DNA from: Tubiluchus corallicola
Lineage: Eukaryota > Animalia > Priapulida
Assembly: GCA_030141605.1 (NCBI GenBank)
Contig: JAQGDQ010000008.1
Coordinates: 744,001-808,000 of the forward strand
Reading direction: 5' to 3'
Length of the DNA: 64,000 nucleotides
The notes under the pieces were generated by a model. The model worked only from the letters and a program-made list of their open reading frames with translations, ran no database searches and had not been told where the DNA came from. Below, one piece after another: positions 32,901-46,747 of this stretch; the first letter of the stretch is position 1, and every line of letters starts with the position of its first letter. A program made the translations under genes and the position numbers.

Positions 32901-35900
32901 TTTTGTCGTTTTTATGATTTCATTTACATATTTATTGACGAACTGACTCACAAGCATTTTAAGATATATGTCATGCACTCTAGTTAGTTTTCCATGTCTA
33001 CAGGCGTGGTAATACATGCACAAGTTAGGCAGCTCATATGAGGTTTCATTGAATAACTAGTGATACTAAAAACACATTGACTGGTTATTAAAATGATTTT
33101 ATTTGTATGAAATGTGATATTTTTCTGGCAAAATATTTCCAATAGGCTCAAAAGGACATTAGCATGGTCTCCTATTGCACGTGCGTATGATTGCTACTGC
33201 ATTTAGCAATGTTATTAGTAGCGAAAGCTAAGCAGTAGTTTTGTAACTTAGCATGAATAATGCAAGAATTGAGTCGAAGTCGTATTTCTTCTTTATTGAG
33301 TTAGATTAAAATACCTCAAAATCTGCACCTGATTATTGCATTATATCTTAGAATTTTCCCTGCATCTTAATTGTTTTTTATAAATCTATGTCTGTATAGT
33401 TAGCTCTTAGCAACTACGTCGTCTCTAACTATTTCTTGTTGGTTATCATTTTCAAGCCTTAGAATACCAGTCTTTTCACAAATTTGTGTCATACAAAATT
33501 GTTTTTCTTGTATGGGAGTAAATTTGCTCACTAGAAATAGTGATCTACTAACCCACTTTTTTCAGGAGATGAAAATTACAGACCCTCCTCTGAATCCAAT
33601 AGAAACTCCGCGGAAGGAGGAACCACCAGCCAAGTTTTCATTCCCTGCATCATCTCTTCCAGTGGTATGCTATTCTGTTTAATGCATTTTAAACTTTTCA
33701 AATTATATTAGTAATCTAAATCTCTAAGATAGTGAGATACCTCATTTAAGCATCTTTTTGTAGTGCCAGTTGTTGAAATATAACTTTAGGGTAGCAAAAT
33801 GAGTTGGCTTGCCAGTTGATGAACTGGCTTTTCACATTAAATCAACTTGCTAATGCCTGGAGCTGGTTTATTAAAATCTTACTTACACCTAGTATGTTTA
33901 TTCATATATTTTACTGTATAAAAACATTTAAACGTAAATGCCAGGTTAACATCCTCCCTACAAATGTTTCAAAGAATAGCTTGTAGATCATTTATTTACT
34001 TTCACTGAATAGAGCTGAGGGATTCAAAATTCCTGTAAAAGGTTTATATGCAAGATAGCTTACGAGATGGTACAAGTGTGAAAAAGTTTTTGAGGTAATC
34101 TAGGAAGTGAGTCTGACTTGATAGGAAAAGTAATCCTTGTCTAACAAGCTTGGCCTCCTGAAATGATGTAAATGTCTAAATAAACTACTTCACACTACTG
34201 GATAATAAGATTATTTTCCCTGTGAAATGGCTAGCTATGAAATCATGTGGTTGTAAACCATGTGCTGAAGTTTTGAAAATCACTTATTTATATTGCTAAC
34301 ACATTGTACATTACATGATTGTATATTCATGTTTGTCTGCTTACTGTGATCATTTAAACGGATGCATTTTCTTTCAGGAGACAAAACCACCAAAGCATAT
34401 TGGTCAAGCTAAAAGTAAGTATTCTGTTTACAGACATTTTGGTATGAATTTATTTTTGTATTTTCAATTTAAAATTTGTGTTGCACTGGAAAGAAGCATA
34501 AGAGGCTTTATTGATCAAATGATGCGTCTCATATTGATCACATTTTGGCCAGGACGCCAGAGCTTTTACAAGAACTGGTATTTTTTTAAATAAGCCTTTG
34601 TTGCTGTTTTATGTTTTGTTTCACTGGGGCAACATAACGGACTTTATAAATCGACATCCGAGAACTTGAAAAACTAAAAACTTTGTAAAAGTTGAATTGA
34701 CTTGACTTTCTATATTAATCTTTACATAGGTAAATTGTGTTTTTTACTCCTTTTATTTTCTGCACCACATTTAGCTATGTAAGCAAATTCTGATTATGAA
34801 ATCATAGCACATACATGCTGTAGTTATTGCATAGTAGAAGTTGCTGCCAGCCAATTTTAAAGCTAAAATAAAGATATAAGTGTAGATACAGAGGTATAAA
34901 TACATAAATACCGTTTAGATGTGGAGATAATGATATACATAGAGATGCATCATTTAGAGCAATGTAAGACAATATTTATTTATATTCTTAATAAGAATAG
35001 ATCAAGAATTAAAAATTCTAAGAATAGATTTAACCAAATAGTGTTGTTATGTACTACCTTTTTTTAACATTGTTCCCTGTTGGATCAGAATACGGTATCT
35101 TATAAAATTACATCTATTTATAAAATAAAATAAGCAAGCTTTTATTTGCTGGCTTGCATGAGTGTTGACATTGTACAGTACACATATATCTCTACAGAGA
35201 CATATAGCGAAATTGAGTACCTTTGAAATTTTGTGATGAATGGTATGAAAACTGGTGTTGACTATGGGACGAAGCTTCCCTACTGTGAAACTTCAGATTC
35301 CAAATTTTACTTTAACTTCTTTAGATCCGATTCGGGTTTGGTAACAAAGTGCGAAGCAGTCTTCACGATTCTTGTTTGCTTTGTTGAAGGAGCAAATGCA
35401 CTGCCAACTAGTGCTGTAGAATTTAAGTAATTTCCCTTTTTACCGGTTTGATCTCCAAAAAAAGTTAAATTTTGCAATATGAGGTTCGCCATGTTGACTC
35501 GGTTAATGTGATCGCGAATTTCCCCAAAAGTTATGCACTGCACAAATTATTCGTCAAATCAAAACATTGTTTTCGCCTGTGATGCAACTTACGCAAGATT
35601 TCGGTTTTTGAAATTTAAACTTCTTCCTACCCCTAGTGTTGATGAATCTTGCCAGTCAGTATTTACACATCTGAAAATTTTGGATAACTTTCCTGTGTGG
35701 GCATACTTGTAAGCTCAATTTTTCGGGGTCGTCGATCTCTTAATAATAATACCTTTTATTGATTTTACACTCCTTATTCTCGATATTGCATAAAAATTCA
35801 AGTGTTTTTCCTCTTGCATTTACCAATATTGTTAGAACAATCAGTCTTCTGTAAGTGGCAGTGTGTAAAAGATTGCATTTGACCTTTGATAATGCTGACA

Positions 35901-38900
35901 TTACTAAAATAGTAGTAGAGTCAATATTTAAGCTGACTTATTTTGTTGAGTAAGTCATATTTTGTTGAAAGAAATGTTTGTCAAATATATACAGTAATGT
36001 TTACAATTTTATTATTTATATATTCTCGAACAGAGTAAAAAGAAATGTATGAAATTAGTATGTAAATAAATGGAAGTACTAACAAGCTTTACAATGATAA
36101 ATTAGAAAATCCCAAAGCGAAGAAATGAAAAAACATGAATTATTTTCAACGTAATAATGCACAAAAGATTGCTGAAAACTAATGTTTTTGCATTTTAACA
36201 TACTGACACAATCACTAATTTAGCACAGGAGGCACAACACAGAAAAACATACATAAGAAAAAGTACAAAATATCACTGAAAGCACATTAGCAAAATGACA
36301 TCAGATAGTTGACAGGATTTTTTTGTTCATTTCCAAGATTTAATATGCAAATGTGAAGCATAATGCAACACGTTGACATGCTCTACTTCTGCCTGCTGTT
36401 TCAATTGTAGCTTTTTAATGTAGTATTGAAGATTATGCATTACGAAAAATATTTCGCAAGTACTATTTATTATTTTTATTACGTTACTTACAAACCTTTT
36501 TTGTCCCCAAAATTGCTTTCTTGTGTTTAGATTTATGTATTTAACTTTATTATTTTTTGTTTTTAGTTTTTTTTTGATAATTTGTACTATTTTTTCTTAT
36601 TTGCTTTTGTTATCTGCAGCATCACCTTTTATTTTTAATATACCAATCTATCTATAAGAAAGGACAGGAGACTAGATGACCCTATGGTTCCTCCCTGCCC
36701 TGTTCCATGATTACAATTATTTAATATTTAACAAACTTTTGCTGTAAAACTATATTGGAGAAAATAAATGTTCTATGTCTATGCCTAATGTCCTAACTGC
36801 AGTTTCCAGTTAAAATTATAGGATTTCCCCCCAAAAATAAGTAATTGGATTAAGTCACAGGGTAATCACTTTTGTTGATGTACTTCCATCCAAACATCAG
36901 TCATTTAGTTCCAAAAATTTCATGTCCAAATAGCTTAATAGCGCTTGATTAATAAATGGTATTTTACCAGCAAAAGTTATTAAAATGATGGTAGTACTAA
37001 AATCACTTTACTCAGGTTCATTTGATTTTAACATGTATCGTTCAGTTATGAAAATAATTGAGTCTGTGGGTGAGTGCCCGGTTTGATATTCATTCTGCCT
37101 AGTTTGATTCACCATACTGACTCTCGCTAATTAACTCTTTGAGGGGGCTGCATTCACATTGTGGCTGAGGCACTTCTGTCAGTTCACTGTCATATCTTAA
37201 AGAATTAGCCTTGATAGTAAACTAGATTCTCATTTTGCCAAAACAAACTTACAAAACTGTTTGCAGAGTGCAGAGCTGTAATGAATGTGGAACGGGTAAA
37301 AAATAAGCAACATACGGTTTCAGTGTGTGAATTTTGTAAAATCTTCGCAAATGTGTTTAATCTAATTATTTTGGTTGCTGAAATAAAAAGCTGTTTATCG
37401 AAATGTTAACCAAAATGATCACTTGGCTTTTTGGACTTGGTGTGAAATTTAACTATCGTTCATTCATCGATGAGCAAATAAAAACGTGATTTTGCAGGCA
37501 AATGAGTTTTCAAAAGGCTATGCGTGTATCGATTTTTACTGGTTGTTTTATAAAATTACAACGGTTTTTATTTGTTCTAAACTTTGTTTTTCTCCTAAAA
37601 TGTGTTTTTATATAAAGCCTAAGGTGAACAGTCTAAAGTACTGATTTGTACTCCAGGTGTGTACATACATTGAGAATTACAAAGTATATAAATAATTAAC
37701 AATGAAGCATTCAAGAATTTTACATTGACAGTATGCTGTAAGCTAACTCATTTCTAAAGTTATTTATTGCTGCTAAAGTACTGATTATTGACCAGTTTCT
37801 ATGGCGGAATCTTTTGGTCACCGTAATATATCTCTGCACTAATTACAATATGAGAACATTCTGATTATGGCATAGCTGTGGATTACCAGATGAGAAGGCT
37901 GTTGTTTTATCCTGTGTTTTGAGATTATTACAATGAATAGCTATGGTATTAGACATAAATAAATCATAAAATGTGTTTGAATGAGTGTGAAAATGCATTA
38001 TGTTTCTGTAAAAGATGTCCAGCATATTTTCTAACTGATTTGAAATGAAATGTTGACCCGGTTCTTCTTTATTACTGACACTTAGGTTTTTGGGTTGACA
38101 CTTTCAACTTCAACGATTCAGACTATAATTCGTTGACTGGAAAGTGCAAGAAAATCTGGTATTATTTTGCTGCTGGCAGTATTTTATTCTGCACACGCTA
38201 AATTATTTTGTGAAATACATAGCTATTTAGAGAAAACAGATTAGTGTTTTTATTCTGTGTGTTGTATTGTCATCTTACAAACCCAAACTGCAGATTAAAA
38301 GCAGATTATGTAGAGATTAAGTAGACATCACATTTCATGGCTGTATAAATAGACTGGTTTTGCTCTGACAGTATAACAGTATAACAGTTCTTGTTCTTTT
38401 CAGCTGTAGGCTAGCTTTTGCCAACACTTGAACGTCTAGTGTAAGCTATTTTGAGCAGGAAAGTTGTTACATAATATTGTATTGTTCCCGTTGTCTTCAC
38501 ACAATATGTTTTGCATTGAGCCGTGTCTAAAGGCTACTCTTTAAATTAATTATTTATAAGATTAATTTCAAGATTGTTTTTATTGTATTTATTGAACTTG
38601 TTACCTAAATAGACTAGAAGAAAGTCCTGAAAAGTTGCTTCTGTAAAGTTCTATGGGTCCTTTTCTCTAAAAGTGGGCAGCATAGCCAGTCTTATCAATT
38701 TGACTGTGCTGAATCTGAATAAACTGTTGCCAGATTGAAAAATTAACAGAAGAGGGTCAAAATGCAAAAAAGGAAAATGGTCACCAGTTTTTGCACATAC
38801 TACACAAATCAAAAGAAATTCAAAGAAAATTAATATTAAGAAGAAGAATATTAATATTATGACATTGACTGCCTGTAGTTGGACCTAAGGAATCCATTTC

Positions 38901-41900
38901 TGTTATTTATTTCAAAAATGGCTGTCACACAAAGCGAAATCATGCCAATCAGGCAATTATATTAACTGTTTCACTTAAAGATTTATTATAAAAATAAAAA
39001 TTAAATTCTTTTTATTAATTCGACCTTGCTGAATCTAAAAATCTGCTGCTAGACCCCAAAATGGGTGCACAGTTACTTAAAGCAGTCCAAGGTTAATTTT
39101 CTGTATGGGGTATTTTGAAAGTCATCTAATATGGCTGCCATTTTTAAGGTGACCAACAAGATGCCTGTCACATTAAGATAGCATGTACAAGCCATATCTT
39201 AATTGTTCAAACAAATGTGGTTATGATTTGAGTCAAATTGTGGGTTTTAAAGGAATCTATAGCTGATGCTTCAACATCTATGACAGCACCTTATGGCTGC
39301 AGCCGGTTGTGTAATACATTAGCTTTGTTGCCTGTTTGCCTGTATTGCTGTATTGCCTGTTTTAAGCTGATAAGATGAATGTCTTAGTATCTGGATATAA
39401 ACTTTAAATTTAATTAAAGAATTTATGGTAGAATCCCGTAAGGCCCGCAAGTTTCAAAATGGCTAACAAGAGGAGTGTCATGAGCATATAAAGACACACT
39501 TTAGCTACTAGAGCAGATAAGATGATGATTTTGGTATGTAAGTGCAGTTTTTCAAGGTCAAAGAATCCTCGTCTGATGTTTAAAAGCCTATGATACTAAC
39601 TATTTAGATTTTAAGATAGTTACCAAGATAGCTACCACCTCTTTTGTAAGATATTAGCTCTACTGGAGGTAGGACGATGATTTTAGCATCTAGGTATAGG
39701 TTTTTAAGATAAAAGATTAAGGGTAGTATTATTATTATTCATACTGAACTGTAATGACATCAGCAATACTATGTATGTGCATACATACAACATAGAGGTT
39801 CTGAGAAAGAAAGCAGGGGTATGAAACAAATAGTTCAAGCCAGAATCTGTAGATCCTGGTATATAAATAACATAGATAATATTACCTCTAAAATAGTCGG
39901 TTACATCTACGGCCACATTTGCACAGAGCTGTGCAAACAAGACTTGCTTGGACACATTTACATCTGCTACTGCACCCTTTGGCTGGCCGTCAACAGCATT
40001 TTTTTTACTTATTGACATGCTTCAAGTCTCCGTGCTCAAAGTGGTTCCCATGTCGCGTCAGTAGATTTCTTCCAGCTCCAGTAAATTGGGGACGGTAAAG
40101 CAGAAGTTGCGATCCCTGCCTGGCCCCCCTACAGTATCTTCCTTGATATCCTACACATCTGGTGTGCTCCAACAATGTCGCAGATATTGGAGGAATTGCG
40201 TCCACTGACTTTCCCTTTCTAGTGAACAAATCTTTACATGCTTTTAAACTGACATGAGTGTGCTAACTTTTGTCATACAAGACATGCATGCTATATGCAT
40301 ATAATAATTAGATACCAAAATTATCATCTTATTTGCTTTAACTGCTAAAATACACCTTTTAAAAACTATCTGTCTTCATCTTAAACAGCTGTCTTGTCTA
40401 CCATCTTAAAATGGCAGCTATGTTGGACGATTTTGTTTGGCCTCATGTCCAAATTGGTTGTACCATTGTGCAAAGTTTTGTAACTTAGGCGAAATGAGCA
40501 CGTTTTTCATCATTCTGCTAAACTAGATATGTCGGGAACCCAGTACAATTTTGTTTTTTCTTATTGAACTGTTAAAGTCGCTTTGCATTCTCTTTCAAGT
40601 CTAGCTATTAGATTTTTAGATTCAGCAAAGTCGAATTACGAAAAACTAACGTAATTTTTTGTTTTTATAATTAATCTTTAGGTGAAAAGGTTCATTTAAT
40701 TGCATGATCACCGTAATTTTGTTTTGTGTGGTGGCAATTTTGAAAACGGCAGCCATTTTTGAAATAAAAGTAACAGAAATGGATTCCCTAGGTCCAGCTA
40801 CCGCGGAATAGATGTCATAATCACATCTTAATGTTAATTTAATGGAAATTTCTTTTAATTTATATTCTTTGTGCAAAAACTTGGCGCGGATTTCTTTACT
40901 GGGTTTTTTATCATTTTCCGCTAACTTTTCAAGCTGACAGCACTTTTCGAATTCGTCATAGTCAAATTGATAAGACTGGCTATGTTGCTAACTTTTAGAA
41001 AAAAGCGCCTCCAAGGTTCCACTTTTCTGAAAATTTGCCAATTTAAAAGACATCTTGTCGAAATCCAGACTCAATTTTCAAATTTTCTTCCTATGTGCAG
41101 TGTATTCTTACGTGTATGCATTGACTGACTCGTCGAGTTACTTGATGTAATAGGCATTACTTATGCCCCTATAAACGATGAAACTAAATTCTGTGTCTAA
41201 AAAGGAGGAAATCGCATAAAGCATATAACAATGGAAGTGCTAATTAATTATTAATCTAACTGTTGCGATCCACTTAGCAAACAAAAGGGAATGGAAAGCT
41301 AGCTGTTTTTTCGTATGTTTGCACCTGAAAAACACTGTTATCAAATCTATAGTGAAATCCCTAAGTTTTTTGCTGAATCGCGAGATTTTTTTCCTCTGTT
41401 ATAAACAGGAAATTCGCGTAGCACCATTTTTAAATACAAATCGTCTTGTAAATTATTACAAATTGTTTTGACAGCGCTTCATTTTCAGCAGCCAAAGGCC
41501 GGTTTTAAGAGACTCGCAATTTATAAAAGATTTGATTAATAAATGCAAACATTGTACAATTTTACATACACATACATCCATGTTTTGGTGAAAAGCAGTG
41601 AGCGTTGCAAATTTGACATTCGTTAACCTGCATTTTGCAACATTAGCGGCAGTGTAAGTTTTGACACTGAAACATCTGCTGTAAGTCTTTGACAAGCTAC
41701 CACCCGCTTATTGCATTATGTGTACCTATGCAATATCAGCCTGTTAATGCTTAATAAATCGTGCTGCTGAATGAATGCACTGCTGGGAAAGCTTACATGC
41801 AGCCGTGGGCGTTTTGAGAGCAAATATCCTATTAATTAGTCTCTCTGTTCAGCAGGTTGTAAGGTTGCAGTAAGTTAGTAACCGTAGCAATACTGAACTT

Positions 41901-44900
41901 GAAATCAAGCCTTAAACTGAAAAATTTATTCATTTTGTAAAGCACAAATTGAAAATTTTGTGATCAAAAAATTGTCATAGTGCATTTGCAATTTGTAAAT
42001 AGATTTCATTTAGATATTTTATAAACACCAATTTGAGTAATACCAACTTTTTAAATACGACTCATCCTACAGAAGGCCACTCAAAGTAAAAGGTGGCCAA
42101 ACTGGAAAGACTGATTTATAAATGCAACTGGATAGAAACAGAATTCTGTTAACTAATATCTCTGGTGATAAGTGTCTGTTAACGTTCTTCTTGAAGTGGT
42201 ATAGTTTTCAGGGAAACAGTTTTGTGGTAGAGAATTTAAGGGGAAATTTGCTTAGCAGCATTATCTGACTTAAAGTTGTCAAATGCTCTTTGCCTTCTAC
42301 GTTGTGCTAAAACGACAAGAACCCCCATTTAAATACCTTTGTTTCTAATTGTTTAATTATCTGTATGGCAAGGGACCATGTAACATGAAGGCTAGAGAAC
42401 CAGTTAAGGTCAGTTTTTTGTGAACCTGGGTTAGTGTATAACAGCTTTAGCAACAAGTTTTCTTTCAGTTGGAAGCATCTTGACGCAAAGAAGTCCGGTC
42501 GTGTAGGGTTACCCCACTGAGCGAGAGAAATACAGCAGCCCAGCTATTTAAACTAACTCTTAGCAGTGGCATCAGTACCAGATACCACCTCCAGCACCAA
42601 GAGCAGCAAATGCACATGACACAGTTATTAACCTGGCTTCTTTACTCACTATACGTCAGTTAATTCATTGTGTGCGTTACTCACTACTTAGCCCACATGG
42701 CAGCTACTGTTGTTTAAAGCTAGCGAGGGCTTCCGCCTACCACAATTACAACCCCCGCGCGCGTATCTTATAAGGGCTTCCACCTACCACAACTGCAACC
42801 CTGCGCGCGTATCTTATGTACCCATCTCGGCGTCGTCATGGCAACCCGGGCGGTGTTGTTGATGCGAAGATGCTGTGGTATTATCAATAAAGGGTAGAGA
42901 TTGATGGTTTGTTACACATATAAGCACTTAGTGGAGGGATGTGTGGGTACTTTGGTATTATGATTACCATTACACGTGGATGTTCTCTAGTGACTGTAAT
43001 TGATAAGAATATCATGGTTGTGTTGTTAAATTTATTCAGCAAGTTACACTAACACCGGCTATTCTATTTATGGACATAACTAATTTACTGCGACTAGCGG
43101 ACGATCTATCATAGCGGACGAATTAACAACATTTTAGCAACAACACTGAGTTCTGCAAAAGTTGTTGATGATTATATTTTACAATCAGTAATCATTTCTT
43201 TATGATTTTATATTATTTGAAATCTTTCGTGGAAAATATGACTTTCTTAACTGTATTCATGTACTTTAACTAGTTTTACATGCTCAACGTTAATTATCTA
43301 GGGAGGGACATTAAACAAGTTTTTGTTTTGATGTTTTCTTAGTAACTCAAAACTAGTCAACGTGTAAAATCTCACTTCAGTGTCTACAATAAATTGTTGT
43401 ATAAAAAGACAAAGTCAAAATGATATACTCACACCTAGAGACCCATTAACTACAAATGACATGGACAAAAAGTCAGACTATACTTAAACAGGCAAAATAT
43501 AATAGAGGCGTGTTGAGAAGATGTCAGATAAGGTCATGGTTAATTAATAGTAATTGACAGGTCAATTAATAATTCGAGGCATTAGAAATTATTTCAATGT
43601 TTAAGGTCATGGCTGTTGGAAGCGTTGTTTGACGCTGATACTTTATTCTGTTTGTAGTGACCAAGGGAAAAAAGTAGTTAGTGGCAATTGATGATCAGGT
43701 TTGGGAAGGTCAAGTTTCATTTTAAAGAGTTCTTATTGTACTGTTAAATAATGTGATGGTGGTAAATGTGATTTTTACTAACGTCGTCCTGTGTGAAAAA
43801 CTGCATGTTTATCTCAAATAAATGCAACTGTTATTTTTGTTATTACGATAGCTCAGCGTTGACTGAAATAAGAACTGTTGAACTGTACGAGTTTCATTCA
43901 CCCAGGAACTGAATTCTTGACATCAAATTGGCGTAATAAATAAATAAAAAATTCACTCCATTCGCTTCCATACAAAATTTGATTTTATTGGTAAATTATC
44001 ATTAAGTATTAATAAAACAGCATCGCTCTATTACCGCATTTAAACTTACTAGACGATAATGTGTGGGGGTTTATCAATTTCTCTTTGTGATCACAACCCT
44101 GAGAGAACAGTTAAGCTTATTTAAAGCTTTTACATTGTAAATGACCTTAAATGTTAAAAGCTGATAAAGTAGTTAATCAGCCATTGCCAAACACCTTGCT
44201 TTAAAATTAGACTCATGCGTGTTAGTTTACTAACAAGTTCACAAATGGCCACACCTTTTGCGAATGCTTACTGTCATACTTTGAGCAAACAATGTAATGG
44301 GTAGTACATCGTCCTTTAGCAATAAAGATGAGGCGTTGTAGATGAAATCATTCTGGTCTGATAGTGGTCAATCCTGCAGTCTCTTCCTCATGAAAGGCCT
44401 GTTGCTGTGTTAAACCGCTTTTATTGCTATTTTAATAGAAAATGCACTCAGGACATTACATCTCTGATTCCTAAGTGCCGGCATTTCGCTCCTAACACTC
44501 GTTTTTCTGTTGCTTATCATACTTTTATTCTTTATCCATGCAGATCGGCTGCTTACAATTCCAGTTTTTGCTCTGGCTTCTTACCTGTGGAATTCTCTAC
44601 AGGAAAATTGCATACAAAGGGAATTCTATACAAGGAACTGCAACCTTGACTGCTTCGAGAAGAACGTTAACAGATATTTCCAGGATATATCCTATTTTTC
44701 TGAACACTACCCATTACATTGAATAGCCACTGGCTTTATTTGGAATAGCCTCTTTAGATAGTTTTAGCAACATCTTGTCTTACTTGGTGTTTATAAGCAT
44801 TGTAGCTCGTCCACTGGTTCTAAACGACACTTGGTAAAGCGCACACTTGTGAAACGGCGACTGTATTTGAGAAAATATCAGACAACCTTTCCCTAATCAA

Positions 44901-46689
44901 TAACCCTAATCTCATCTATTAAGAGACCAATACACGCCGGGCGACTGTGTCGTTACGTAAAAGCCGTTTTATTCTGCGAGAGAAAAATGATTATCCCGGC
45001 TCACTAATCCCTACTGTAAATATGAAAGTTGAAAATCCACTGAGATTAACCATCTCAATTGCAGTCGCTTTGTCAAAATGTAATTAGCGAGGAGAGCTGA
45101 CATTTTTTCTGGAGGCAAATTACTGCGCACAATGAGCAGCTTCGAGATTGGGCGAGTAGTGGTAAATGTCGTGGAAATTGGACACCTGCGTCAAACACTC
45201 GAAAAACTAGCCTAGCGTATTATCGACACTTCAGTTGTGACGTCATCATGGTAGTAGGCAGGCATGTGACGTCAGCTAGCCAATTGTACTGTCGACACTT
45301 CTGCAATGATGTCGCCATTGAGGTAAGCAGGCATATGACGTCTGTTAGCTGTGTATATTGTTGACACATTTGCAGTGGTGTTTGGGCGTTTAGCATTGGT
45401 TATGGCTTAAAAATTACTGCCCTAACGTTTTTATTTTACGGATACGCACCCTAAATGATCGCATTCATGTAAATCGTCTGTTAATGCGCCCATCTTTTGA
45501 CTCCATATCGGACAGCTCACATGCATGATTTCTTAATTTGACAGGATTCTATAATATTATACCTGTGTTCTGTAAATAAGTAATTATTTAAATAGCTTAG
45601 TAATTGACCTAGCTTAGGTGATACAGATGTACGCCATGTTTGTTTCCCGCTACTGTAAATTATTCTTACTCTGTCCTAATTAATAATCAACATTAAACTC
45701 TTGCGTTTAACTTCCAGTATTCCAGCTGTAATAAGGCGGAAGGTTTTTAATAATGCGTGTGTACTTGAGTTATCCATTTTCTCGTTACATGAAACTTCCT
45801 GCATTATATAGACTATCTTATTTTTAATAAGATGATTATTCGTATTTACTAAGTACAAACCTATTTACTATTTTATAGTTTCTGTGGATGGTATTCTGCT
45901 TAAATATATGATAACTAATAGTCAGTTTCACCTCACTGTTTGTAGAATAAAATGGAAATTTCAGTGTTGTTTTGCTCAACAAAAGTGTATTGCCCTTATT
46001 TGCAGGACATAACTATGGGGATGTTTTCTTGATTCCACTATATTGTGATCAAATGAATAAATGCTTAGTAAATAATTTGACCTGCATTATCTTCAAAAAT
46101 GAAGCAAATAAATGAACGAACAAACCAACAAAATCCATTAACTCCATTTCTCAGTTTAAAGTGTCCACAGCAGCTTTTAATAATTCCAAATGGAAAGTCC
46201 GGTAATGCAAAAAGTTTTTTTTGGCAACAGGATTTTTTTGTTGAAAGAATCTTCTTGAAATCCTTAGCGCTTATTGTGTGAATGTATAAATTAATATCTA
46301 TATTCTATAGCAAAGAAATAATTACTAAACTAGTAGGGTCAACATATGAATTAAATTGTCCAACCACACAAAAATTGCAAGACGTTCTTTTGTAGGATTT
46401 GGTTCAGACAATAACATATCAAAACAAGGTTTAGGTCTGTTTCCGAGAAAGCTTTTTTCGTAGAAAACTCATTCCACAGAAAAAAAATTTCCAAGAAAGA
46501 TTTTTTGACAGAAATATCATGGTTTTACATTTTCAAGTGATAAATCCGCTATTTTAGTAGGATAATGCTTTCAATTTGTCTTTCTCTGTTAGCTTCTCCC
46601 CCTTTACCTCTCTCTCTTCCTACACCCACTCATCTTCTCTCTCTCTCCTTCCCCACCCGTCTCTCTCTCTCCCCTCCCTCTCGCCCTTT

Positions 46690-46747
<58 letters not shown>

